In this document: positions 46,219 through 59,243 of the stretch, one piece after another
How the letters are laid out: every line of letters starts with the position of its first letter
Position numbering within the stretch: the first letter of the stretch is position 1
From: Lingula anatina
Lineage: Eukaryota; Animalia; Brachiopoda
Direction: 5' to 3'
Length of the DNA: 64,000 nt
Assembly (NCBI GenBank): GCA_051362555.1
Contig: CM120640.1
Coordinates: 68,364,788-68,428,787 of the forward strand
Notes under the pieces: generated by a model
Told to the model about the DNA's origin: nothing
What the model saw: only the letters and a program-made list of their open reading frames with translations
Database searches by the model: none
Made by a program: the position numbers and the translations under genes

Positions 46219-49200
46219 TTAATATTTAGAATAAAGAATGAAGAAATAGCACTATTTTCTTAAAATGGATGAATCGTGAGTTAAAAGAAAGCAAAGAAAA
46301 TCCATTCATTTTTAATGCAACACAGTTGAAGTGGAAATACCATCCAACACAGAGTGATTATTTTGTCTTCCCATTACTAAATTTTAATAACAGAAAGCAT
46401 GGCTCAAACTTTTGCATCTTAAATGGAGGGCGTTCCGTAAGTTCTTTTGAGCAGCATGATAGTGGAAAATAATATGACCTCCATTATTTGTCAATTCTTT
46501 TAAACCTTGGGCTATATTTACATATACATTTGAACAATATTCACGTCTTTGCAGCGTGAGGGGAATAAGTACCATTACAATGTGTGGCTTAACGTGTTTA
46601 CACTGTTTACCTACCCATTGAATATGGCTTTTGCTCGCGTATTGAATAACAAAATACCCCTTTTTGTTAATGATAACCATGTTTGTTATCAAGATTATAA
46701 AACTAGCCCCTGAGATTTTTTTATTTGTACTTTTTGTTTCCAGTTTACTTGGTTTTCATTTTCCATATTCAATCAGTGTCAAAAATGTTAACAATTTGCA
46801 CAAAATATATAGATACGTAAAGCAAAAAAGAGTATTTCACTAATCCTAAAACAAATAGATACTTTTAATAATTAATTTGTAGACAAGGCGATTTTAAAGG
46901 TTTTCCATCAAGTTTATATGCAGGGTGAATGCCCGTTATCAAAAGTTTCTTCGACCACTTTGGAATGCAAATAAACCAATATACAGCCCAAATCATGATG
47001 ATCAACGGATCGGAAGACAGGTAGGACCTGCTCTAGGTGGCTTGACAAATATATGACTGTGATGAGTAATGCTATTTGGGGAGAATATTAACACAGACGC
47101 AAGGAGAGAGCCGTCAGTCTGAGAGCAAATAGAAATAAAACAATTCCAGATAATGAAATATGTGTACTTTATTGCAAAGAACTTAGACTTCCCCTTTTGC
47201 ATAGAAAATAATGGATGCAGCTCAGCTATCGTTCGTCATCTACACATGTCAAGCAGGGGCTGGACGCAGTGTGGCCGTAGCAAATAGCGTGTAATTGAAT
47301 ATAATAAAATGTAAATTATACATGTAGGTACGTCTATCATCTAGACGTACCTACATGTATAATTTACATGTAGGTACGTCTATCATCTAGAAATGTCTTC
47401 TGGAGTTGGGTTTATCTACCTTAAGTTTAGGGACACGTAATGGATGCTCAGCGTAGGTTCCTTAGGAAAATTTTGGATAAAAAGAGGAATGAAGAACGAC
47501 CCTTTCATGGCTTTTCGGAATACCTGTTTAAATGCAAGGGCAAGGGCTGCAATTTCCTTCTTTGCAATGCTGTTTACATCAAATACCATAAACGAAGTCA
47601 GAACGAAAAGAAATATACATGTAGAATCTTCACAGGAAATGTGTGTAATAAAATTCTACCACCTACTTCGATATCATATGATTCCGCTATTGTTTATTTA
47701 TTTATTGTTTTATTTTCAGGGCGTTCCACTCCAAGTATTTGTCTTTTGTTTTGTCTATTTTTATTAAAGACATTTTATCATTTATTTTTTTTTTATTACT
47801 TCTTCCACGTGTAATTAACCTCAGATATGCATTATATCGAACTGTTTTACAGACCGCCACGAGTGTGCTCGAGTTTGTCAGCGAAATGACCACAAGACCT
47901 GCGAGTACAACTTTACCGTCGAGTGGTATCTTACACTATCTAAGGTATACAGAGTGCGAAAAAATAAGAAACAAAATCAGGAAATTACGCGAAGGCAAAA
48001 AGTGTAGAGATTTTAATAAAATCAGAGCCAAAGTAGTTTGATCAGTTCCCAACTAGAACAGTTATAACTATATTTAATATATGTAAATCTAAAATGTGTT
48101 AATTTCAATCAACCAGAAAGTCGACTCTGCTGCACAAGGGGAAATGTTTTGCGCCAGACTATATGGCACCTGTTCTTTATCTTTAATTATGTTAGCGACA
48201 ATATGGGAAAAGGTGGCAAAATGAAAGCATGTGTTTGCTTTGAAGTTATTATCCTGAAAGTGAAGGCAATGCGTGCTAGAAATAATTTTACTGGTTGTCA
48301 TTCGAGCATGATTCGATAGAATTCCCTATAAAATACCTATACTACATTATCAATTATTAATAGTTTTTAAAGAAAAACAGAAAAGATTAAGACAATAAAA
48401 AAAAACATGAAAACTCCCTGTAGTTATTTTGTTAGTGTTAATGATGCACGAACTGTTGCTTATACATTTATAAAAACCCTCCCAAAATGAACAACACGTA
48501 CGTTACGATGCATTCCAGGCTTGCTATGACTGTCCATTCAACTTGACGGACTGCCACCGCCCCCATTGTATAGCTGCTGATGGACATATGCGAGCTGTCA
48601 TTGCGGTCAATAGACAGATACCAGGACCGATGATAGAGGTGAGCACAAATATATTGAAACCTTCGTGTGCCTGAAGAGCCCTCGGGCGAAGTGTTTGGAA
48701 AATGTAATGTAAAAGTCATTCAATTTCGATATTGTATGTTTTGGCTCGTCTTCATGAGTTCAGCGTCTTCATGAGTACTGTTCAGCATGAATTACACACA
48801 CTGGACCAGGGCCGTAGCCTGAGCAAACTGCCAGGGGGGGGCAGTAAGCGGATACGAGGAGGCGAAGTCACCAAGGGGGGGGGTGTCCCCCTCCCACGGT
48901 GTGGAAAATTTTTAAAAACTGTATGTATAATACTGCATTCTGGTGCATTTTAACTGTTATTTATTGCTCAATCAGAAGTCAGAAATTGCGATTATTTTTT
49001 TTTTGCACCTCAAATCCCAGGGGAGGCAGCTGCCCCCCCTGCCCCCCCAGAGGCTACGGCCCTGTGGACAATAGAAGTGTCACCCCCTAAATCAAAGTAA
49101 CCAAAGTAGGCAGATCTTGGGTAGTTATAATGCCTGCATGGTCTACTTATAATGTGACTAATGAGTATAAAACCGCTGTACCATGGAATTGTATTGTTGG

Positions 49201-52185
49201 CCTTGTACATGTACAGCAAATGTTATTCCTGTCTTCCTCCAATATGGCAAGTTACAGGCAATTATCTAACTTATAGACGTCAAGTTATTAACCTGAAGAG
49301 GCGGAATATAAGCAATGTCAGAATATCGATACAGTTGAATTGTTCAGTCAGAACCGTGCAGATCCCTCGAGGGTCTGGTCTCGGTATAGAAACACTGGAT
49401 CAAGAGACAAATTGCCTCTGATGGGTCGTCCAAGAAAAACTACTGACAGTGAAGACCGACGACTGATTTTGATGTCCAGGTTGTCAAAGTTCGACATTGC
49501 TTGTCAGTTGACAACACAGTGGAACAATTTCACACATAAGAATCTGTCTGTGAAAACTGCTAGGCGTCGGTTACATGCTCAGAGAGTAAACAGCAGGGTA
49601 GCAAGACTGAAACCTCTTATATCGTTACAAAAAGGGCAACATAGAGTGAAAAAAAGGCCAACAGGATCTGGAACCGGACAGTCCATGACAATTGGTCCTA
49701 TATAGTTTATCTGATGAGTGTCGCTTTTGTCTGACCTCTGATGACAGACGATGCTGGCGAACTGCTGGTAAAATGTGTGGAATGATATGTCAAAACTTAT
49801 GACAAATGCCCGTCCAACCAGAAGACAAACTCTGTTAGATTCAGTGTTTCATGCTTGGGCCAGCATTAGCCCTGAACGCATTAGACAATAATATGAATCC
49901 TTGCCTCGCAGACTGGCAGCTATTATTAGGTCACGTGGCTATGCCACTAAGTACTAATTTTGGACTTGAAACTGCATATCTTGGTAGAGTGTATGTTTTG
50001 TGAAAATTGTTGTTAGTAAAACGATACCAGGAGCATATCATTCCACAGTCATTTATCTCCCACAAAGCAATGTTTCAGTAGGGGTGGCACTTCTACTGTC
50101 CAGTGTGTGTAGATATAATATTGTTGGTGTGTGTGTTTTATACAACTTGTTTTTGTTGTTTATTTTCCCCGCGGTGACGGTTGAAATAGACCCCAGACAC
50201 CTTCGTTTAGAATGCTTTGGCGTGGTTTGAGACAGTTTACACCAGCTGATAAATCAAAGATGTAAAAAAAAGACTGGAAACCTTGAGCGAACACAATTGA
50301 ATTCCCACCTAAAATATTTTCGCCCTCCCTAAATTTTCATGTATAGATAAATTATGAATATTTATTAATACATTGGCTGAGATGTGTTTATTGTAAATAA
50401 ATCAAATTGTCAATTGTGATTGTCATCCAGGTTTGTGAGGGTGATACCTTGGTGGTGAATGTAAAGAATGAACTTGAGGACGGTGAAAGTACAGTGATAC
50501 ATTGGCACGGCATCCACCAGATGGGGACACCGTACATGGACGGAGTCAGTATGATAACACAGTGCCCCATTCCACAGTTCACAACATTCAGGTACATGTA
50601 CGCTACGTGAATGTTAGACACATACAAAATCAAAGGATGATTGTTGCCTGTTGGCCAATATTTTAAAAAGAAGTGAATTAAAACCATTTTCACTATACAG
50701 GAATATACATGGAACTTCTGTTTGTGTGTTTGTATGTGAGTTTGTAAAAAAAATTCATTCAATCTTCTTACAACAGATGAAGTCTAAATATTTTAAACAT
50801 GGCATATTTAACTCGTGAATTGTTGATTGAAGCGTTATTACTGTATATTGCTACAAATTCTACCCTCTGTCTTTATTTTATAAATATTAGGCATTTTTTC
50901 TTTTTCATTACCTTATTTATTTATTTATTCATTTTCTGGGTTGGGGAGGGGATAGGTTGAGCGGGAAAGAGAATTAGAGGGACAGCCTGGGTACTAAAGC
51001 AGAAATATCTGTTCCAATACAGGTACACGTTTAAAGCCAGCCCAGCTGGGACCCATTTCTACCATTCCCACATTGGCTCGCAGATCGCGGACGGCCTGTA
51101 TGGTGCGTTAATCGTTCGCAAACCACCGGAAGATGAACCACATAGGACCCTGTACGACGAGGATCTTCCCAGTCACGTGGTCCAGCTGGCAGACTGGTTT
51201 CCGGAGCCATGGAATGCGCGTTTTGTTCAATTGATGCATAACAAGTGAGTGTTGTTTGTTGATACTAGTGAAAGAAATGTTTTGAACATCAGCTTTAAAA
51301 TATCTTGTTTCGTTGATGCTGTGAAATAATTATTTTGTAATAATTGACCACTTACAATGTCGTTTTAAAACTTAAGAATGTTCCCTGTATTCTTGAGAAT
51401 AAGTTAACTAAGTGTTATTTATTGAACCAGTGTCTCTTTGTACAAATTTTGTTATGCAGTAATAATTGTTTTTTCTTCAGGGCTGACTTCTTTCTGCCAC
51501 TTTCCTTACTGTTAAACGGGAGATCTGATAAGTACGAAGTAAAACTAAGCTCTAACCCTAACATCACGGCAAGACCCCCTCTAGAAGTCTTTCACGTGAC
51601 CCAGGGTAATCGATATCGATTCCGCTTTACGAACGCTGGTAATCTGAAGTGCCATTTTAAAGTATCGGTTGACGCCCACAACTTGACTGTCATTGCTGCC
51701 GATGGCGTTGCTGTGAAGCCCTTGGAGGTCGACGTTTTTGGAATAAAATCAGGTTTAAATATATTTTTGATCACCATGCGGGGATGTTTTTTTTTTTTTG
51801 GGGGGGGGGTGCAATTATGATGTCGAAGGGTACAGGCAATTTACTTGTAAAGCTTTTATGTCTAACAGCTTCTCTCATGAAGCAATTCAGGGCTTGAACT
51901 TCAGTAAACCATACTGAATGTATTACTTTAATAATAAAATTTGAAAATCATTCGTTCATTTTAGGTGAAAGATTTGACGTCGTTTTGCATGCCAATCAGT
52001 CAGTTGGTAATTATTGGTTGAAAGCGGTAGGCTTAGTGGACTGTGGCCTTTTAGGGAATGTGGCCCTAGGAGTGATTAGATACGATGGCGCGGCTGACGA
52101 GTACCCCACAGAAGACAGGAAGGCAAACAGACTCGGAAAGGTTATTGAAATTCGTGTTTTAATACATGACTTAATCTCTCTTCAA

Positions 52186-52232
<47 letters not shown>

Positions 52233-55200
52233 CGTAATATGGAATCATTGAGGCGTTGCGATGACACTTCAGGCATCAAGTTGTCTATTCTTTGTGGCTG
52301 TTCGCTGAAGTCTTGGTCTGATAAAATATCTATAGTTTTTTCTGTCTGGTTCTGCGCCTCACACCTTCAGCTGTGGCTAACTTTTGCAAGACCGTTTGAT
52401 CTTGTTACACGTTCATGTACTATCGAAGCTTTATTTCCGTTACTTCCGTGAGAATGGCCTTATCGAACTTATGTTCATCATAATGGTGTTACGAACCTGT
52501 TCATTTTTAATCGGTCTTTATATGGGAGGCTCAAGATGTCAGGTTAGCACCTCATTTCAAATTTTGACTTTTCAAAGGCCATGCCTCATGTGAATACAGG
52601 AATATTGAGAGAATTATCGACCTTAATTTTAAGAGTATATGAATATCCCTGGTTATGGATACAAGGTATATGAACATGGCTCCAAGGTACCCGGTATATG
52701 AATATCTCTGGATGATGAATCAAAGTTAAAGCCTGATAGCTCTGGCAAAGCTGATACCCATTTAAAAGCCATAACTGGGTCCATAACCTTGTTCATACTT
52801 CTGTCTACCAGATTTTATAACATCATTGTCATTGTATGTCAGCCACAGCGACACTGCCGTATGTAATCAGCTAATGCCTGTAGATTTACCATTCTTCATA
52901 GATTTTAGTGCTTGTTCTACTCCTGCACACGTGAGTGGAATGTTTCCCTTTTTGGGTAAGGTTATCCGGATCACCACCAAAACCTATTTGTAATCACTCT
53001 TCTGACATATCCTATAAATTTCATCAAAATCCATCCATGACTTTTTGAGTCAAGCGGGTGCAACAATATAATACGGTCATGTACGAATACCCCACGGATA
53101 GAAGTATATCATGTCGTCAACGTATTTTACAAAACTGAATATTTCAGTATTTGAATCCCACCATGAGTAAGCCAGGGAGCCCGATTACAACCCACGGACC
53201 GGACTTTGATATTCTCGTGGACGAGCTGGAAAATATTGAGAACGAAAATTTTACCGACGAGAATGTGGATGTCAAATACTATCTTGGTAAGTCAAGTTGT
53301 TGCATGATCCAGTGTCAGCTCGTCAAATTATTTTTGCGTTATACATGTATATGCTTTATTTATCGCACTATATACAAAAATTTAATAATTTTGATAGAGA
53401 GGACCTTGTTAAACAGGAAGTTTTAAACTTTAATCGACTAATGATGTGTAAAAACCCTTGTGCCATTGGTCTGATATGGTTTCAACAATTTACACTTCTT
53501 ATGCCTTGGTCAAGGCTGTGCCGCTCTAGCGGACAAAAGTCCGTATGAGTACAGTATCAACTTTGAGTGGACGAAGCCACTTTTTGGTGCATGGATTGAA
53601 CGTATAAGCAGCGTACAAATAGGGTATGAACAGAGTATTTGCACCGTATAAAAGGTGTGCTGAAGATGTGGAAAAAGATCTTCGTATAAACCACAAGTGA
53701 TATAACGCAGTTTTTCATACACCAATCACGCGAAAGGTAAACGCTAAGGACATTATTACCCTTTGCCAAAAACTACAAAGGGGATGGAGCAACCATCTTT
53801 GAGCCCTGTTATTAACCGTACTGAGCATCTTTGAAATGAATTGAAGTGTGCAATCCAGATGACCACCAAACGCCAAAAAGGCTGGACCAATTCCGCCAAC
53901 CTTTTGAGGAATCATGAGGCAATATTTCACAAAGCAGAAGGCAGGCCGCGCCACCTACAGGAAAAGATTACCGAACGTGGTAGCCACACACGCTTTTAGA
54001 CACGTGACCTTTAACTAGCACACCCTAATGATAAATGTGTGTAAATTTAGTGACATTTGGTGAGCTTCGTATGATCAGTTTTCAAGCTACAAACCGATTT
54101 TCCCGACCTGACTTCAAAGCAATGAGCCTCGGAGTACAAGAACCAATTACATGTATAAAGGTAAAGTTTATTAGCAGTAAACGGTAGACTTATAGCGTTA
54201 CATGTGTTTCAATTTTTCTTGTTTTTTAGGTATGGACTTTCTGATGAATGACGACCCGAAGTACAACCCCCCTATATACGACCCTGTCGAGGAGCTACGT
54301 CCAGCTAAAACACATTTGACTCCAACTTTCGACAACGTATCTTTTCTTTAAAATCATTCTTTATTCTTTTAAATACAAAAAATATATTCCCAGAGACCCA
54401 GGAAACCGTATATGTATAATGTTGCTACTTGACAGTTAACATACAGGTGCATTACATATAATTTCAAGTAGGAAGCCAATAGTTTTGAAATAATCTTTAT
54501 ATCCAGTATTTTACTACTAAAAACCATAAACAACATTTAATAGTTATTGATATGTATACTTGAAAACCGACTTCGAAGCAAAATGCTGATACGTGAAAAG
54601 ATGAAAATAAGTGATATTGATCAATTATATTCTATTAAGTAAAGCGTGAGCTTTTTCATCTTCTTCCATATTTTCATTGGTACAATAATTAATCACTTCT
54701 CAAACACGAAAATTATATAAAAACTGGTTATCTTCCTTAACGATCATAAAGATAACGTTTGCGTTCCCTCCTGTGCCCCTCATGACACAACCAGATGACA
54801 TTGATGCCGCCTGGTTTTGTAACCACTCCACAGTTAACACCACCAACTGCGGTGACGATTTCTGCCAGTGCACACATATGGTGGAATTCAAGCTTAATCA
54901 GGTAAACAATATTCATTAAAATCGGTATTTGATTAATACTGTAAACCTCGTCTCTTTCTTTTTTTCAATTATCACTTACAAAAGTTGCACTCGGTTTATT
55001 TATTTATTTTTTTTACTATTCTTATTTTTCCTCCATTAATTCGTTCCATTATAATAATAATTATTATTATTATTATTATTATTTACCCTTTATTTGGTTT
55101 ATTAAGATGAGGGACGTAAATGAAATGGGTTGTTATTTACTAAGGTCGTGGAAATGTTCCTCATCAACGAGGGTAGACGGCTCCCAGTTGAGCACGTGCT

Positions 55201-56218
55201 TCATCTGCACGGTGCACATTTTCGTGTGCTTGGCGTTGGAAAGGTTTGTGGGCATTTTCTTACTTGTCTGAAAATAAAGTTACCAGCACTGCGTAAACTC
55301 AGTAATGGTAAATGGATATAAATTTGTTTAAATTTGTAAAATTATAATGAAGCTTAACATATGACAAGTTGCCAATACACTGACAACATAAATGCATTCA
55401 AATTTCAAATTCTAGCTCGGGAGTTCTACTTCGGTTGAAGAAATAAAGAGACTGCACGAGGAGGGCAATCTAAGATATAAACTTATAAGTCCTAGCTACC
55501 GTGACACAGTAAACGTGCCTGACGGAGGATATGCCATCATACGGTTTAGAACCGACAATCCAGGCAAGGGTTGAATATTGACATTTGAAATGAAAATAAA
55601 CATATTATTTGTATCGCATACTAAATGTTTTTGAAGTATTGATTGAAACCTGCATAGAACCGAACATTCCTCTAGATATATAACTTCGTTAAATTTGCAG
55701 TTAACGTAAGTGTCTTGACGCCCTTTGATTCTTTGTCAACGCACCCATTGCTAACGTTGATTGTTTAATTATAATTCATTTGTGACCATTTTTGCTAATT
55801 CAAATATGCACTCAAAATAGCACCAAAGAATAATCGAACATCAAGTTGGGATAGAGTTTGAATTTTAAAGATAGGGTTACTCCTTTTATTTATGTATGTA
55901 ATAACATTTAATTTTCATGCAGGTGTCTGGTACTTCCACTGCCATTTTAATCTTCACGTGAGCATGGGTCAAGCCATGTTGCTGAAATTTGGTGAATTTG
56001 CAGAGTATCCATCGATTCCAGCAAACTTCCCTCGATGTGGTAGTTGGGGCGGACATGTGTATAAAGATGCAACTCACAGGGACCAATGTCCTCAACAACC
56101 TGTGCAGGAGTGTAAAGAATCAACCGCGACCGGAAGTCGTAGCCTGCCGCTATTTTCTTTGATTCAGTTGACCATCTTCGTCCTACATCTCTATTGGATA
56201 AAAACTGGATTGATGTAG
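45898..56218 (+). CDS. Laccase-like three-domain multicopper oxidase, copy C (685 aa)
   Basis: Exons 45898-45973, 47853-47944, 48519-48638, 50431-50591, 51023-51244, 51481-51752, 51965-52140, 53148-53286, 54230-54336, 54752-54901, 55145-55243 (HVLHLHG), 55416-55563 (GC donor), 55923-56218 (HCHFNLH); exons 2-13 same length as copy A. Confidence 0.92.
48795..50109 (+). mobile_element. Internally deleted Tc1 element in laccase-C intron 3
   Basis: TA|CACACACTGGAC(..)AATAGAAGTGTCACCCC versus GGGGTGGCACTTCTACTGTCCAGTGTGTG|TA; GRPRKTT...[12 protein letters not shown]; C-terminus [19 protein letters not shown]. Confidence 0.85.
48807..49064. mobile_element. hAT-like MITE inserted in the left TIR of the Tc1 element, 5-bp TSD
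   Basis: TGGAC|CAGGGCCGTAGCCT ... AGGCTACGGCCCTG|TGGAC. Confidence 0.8.
53500..53960 (+). mobile_element. Highly decayed Tc1 DDE-domain fragment
   Basis: Translates with stops to ...[20 protein letters not shown]..., resembling WPxxSPDLNPIEHLW. Confidence 0.4.
54337..54751 (+). other. U12-type intron 9 of laccase copy C
   Basis: Donor GTATCTTTT; branch TTCCTTAAC 54733-54741, AG ending at 54751. Confidence 0.82.
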
Positions 56219-56254
56219 AACGCATCCGACTTTGTCATACTGATAACGCCTTAA

Positions 56255-58262
56255 GGGGTCAAGGATATTAAAAATACGTCTTAAATTCGATTTTTAGTTT
56301 TTTATACGTTAGAATCAATCAATATTGTATCTAATACTCAATTAAGTTATATTTTTGCAACACGGACTAAAAATATACATTTGGACGAGTTTTTCTACCT
56401 GTCCGTGGCAGCCTTTAGGCTCGGCCTCCGTTGTCAAGCACCGTTACTATGGAGGGCGGGGCAAGAATGGTTGTCTAACTTGTCTTAAAAAAATAATTAA
56501 GCTGTTACGCGTGCACTGGCAGCTCATAAGCCTCAGCTAAACTGAGGTTATACTGTTTCCATTTTTCTACATTGTTAACAATTTATTAAATTTTCTCTCT
56601 TAGCGTCTCAATCACGTCACGTCAAGATCACACTTGAGCTGCTGAGAATTCGTACAACGTCTGGGGTTGTCAGAAAAAAATCGTTAGGCAATCATTTTAT
56701 TCACAATAAAGATCGTAACAGCAAGCAAGTTTATAAATAATATTGCCACCCAAAACATTTATTACGGTCTTGGCACTCTGTGGCATCGTGGCTGATACGT
56801 ACCCACATTCGGCCGTTTCTCGGAGTAATCTCTTATAACTTCTTGGAGTAATTCTTTCTTTGCTTTCTCCATTTTCGCGTCTTGGTGTGTGGAGCGGCGT
56901 CCACGCGCGACGGGTGGCATTGTCCTCTGCTTGCACCTCAAGTAATTTTCTTTTTGTTTGTTAGCGCTTCCTTAGACACTTCCTAGATAGTGCACAGACT
57001 CCTACTGCGTCAGGCACAATTATGATTAATTACGTCAGTGAAACGGGAGTAGGTAGGGCCTACTCAGCTGTCAATCATTTCTCAGGGGAGAGCGGCTTTC
57101 GTGGTGCGAATAAGTTTGCGTACAAAAGTAAGACTTTCTGGCATGTAGATAGAAACAAACAACACAATTTTAACACGTAATGGTGTATAGACCTTCCCGA
57201 TCAATAAAATGATAACAGGTAAGGTGGTGGTGCAATTAGTTTGCTAAATTAGCCCAATTACCTGAGCCAAATGGTTTATGAGCGATTTCTCAGCTTTGAA
57301 GATTGATAACATAGTCTAAACTTCAATCCCCATATCTCATTCTTTTCCTGTCAGATTGACATGAAATTTGATGTGTCTGTGTTTCAGTATAATATCTAGT
57401 CGACTGCGTCTTGGGTTTTGATTGGCCTTTTATTTTTGAAGTTATTAATACTGAAAGTGGAAGGTCCATATATATTGCGTAAAATTCATGTTTTATCAAA
57501 ATAAAATCAAAAGTAAAAATAATAAGAGAAAATCCTGACAGAGTTTACTTGTCTTTGTGCTAACCTTTAGATAGCTATTTCAATCGTATTTATAGGTGTT
57601 GTAAAGCAAATGACATACACTTTCGGCAATTACAAAACAATTAAAACAGAATCAAATGTGTAGAAAGTTATCGAGTACAAAGTAAATTTCTTAAAGTGTC
57701 AACGAGTGTAGAGACTGTTCTCGAAGATGGAAAGGGTGGAACGTTTCAGAGTCCGAAATAGTTGGATCCGATTGGTTAATTTTTCTATCGATTTGCGCGT
57801 GTTTAACACGTGTAGAACTCATGCATACTTGAATTGGACAGGATCCAAAATGAGTAATTCGGAAAATATTTTAAATATTTTAAATCATAAACAAGTTTCA
57901 TTTAAATTATTAAATTAGGAAATATTGAATAGAGTTTTGTAATATGAGAATGGGGAATATGAGAATGGAAAATAGAATATAAATACTTGTAGATTCTGTG
58001 AAAAATTGAGTGTGGGGAATAAATATCTGAGGCTCCAGATCGTCGTTGTTGTCACTATAATATAGGGCTTTTTGTTTAAGAGAAAATCTTGATTAAAAAA
58101 ATGACAATTTTAGCCCCAAAACTCTGATATTATGTCACTCGTGTTACACTGTGACTACAAACTTTGGAAAATTGTTTTGCTTGCTAGACCATATCCTTTA
58201 GTTAATAGGACATTTAATTAGCTGCATTAGTTTTGGACTTTTTCGTTAATATCCTAGACCCC
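56255..58262. mobile_element. Kolobok-like non-autonomous element inserted in the laccase-C 3' UTR
   Basis: TTAA|GGGGTCAAGGATATTAA ... TTAATATCCTAGACCCC|TTAT; sequence resembling copy A's 3' UTR resumes after 58270. Confidence 0.75.
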
Positions 58263-59243
58263 TTATTAACCGTTCTCTTGCATTTCTTTCATTTTTAGTG
58301 TTCCGATAGTGAAATGTTTTCCCTTGTCTCTTTATACAGAACATTACAATAATGATGAACAGCTCAACCTCTAAAAGAAAATCCCCTTTTAGCAATTACA
58401 GGTACATCATCCAATTATACATGATTGAATATCTTAGTATAGATAACGTTGATTAATTTACCTTGTCCATCCGATTTCCAGAATTCAATTAACAATTTGC
58501 TTGCCTATTTTTTTCTTTCAATTGATATTTTGTATAATCTGTTTGCCTATTTTTCTTTCAAACTCGTCTGTTTGACTTAGTTCTGTATCGAGGCTCAGAC
58601 GTTTTGTTCCTGTGGTTGAAAACGGAAGTTTCAGAACTACAAAAGCGGAAACGAGGCTAAGCTTGTTTTACATTGAGCCAAAGCTTACACGGTTAACTTT
58701 TAAGAACAACCAACTACTGTTAGTCTACCTGATAAACCCCAGTCCAAAGTCCCCATATTGTGCGCGTGCTGTTAGGTTATACACTTTATTTTCTACCCAA
58801 AATCTCACAGTAAATGCAGGCTTCCTCGATTTCTGATGTGTTGGCTTCGTGTGTCTAATAGTTTCCATTTTTAACAAATGGTTGCCTAAAGTCTAGTTAA
58901 AGAAATATATTTTTCAATGTCATCATGGTATCCAGATTATCTTCTTTTAAAAAACTTTTTGTGCTTTTGGAAAGGTGGAATTAGGCTACATTCTGACAGT
59001 GAGGATGCATCTCTTTGTGCACTTTTGTTATTTACAGTAAATTCAGCCGGGCTGCTGTAAGCTTTTCTGACCTAGTAAAGGGTCTTACAAATATCGCATA
59101 ACTTAACGCCGTATGTTAGGAGCTTTTTATTTCTAACAAAGCCACAAAGCCAGTAAAATCAATACTCCAACTTAGACTGGTTAAGGCCGTCCTTCACACA
59201 TCGCGCAAGGAAGGTTCATGTAGTTTGGGTGTTAACGGACATT

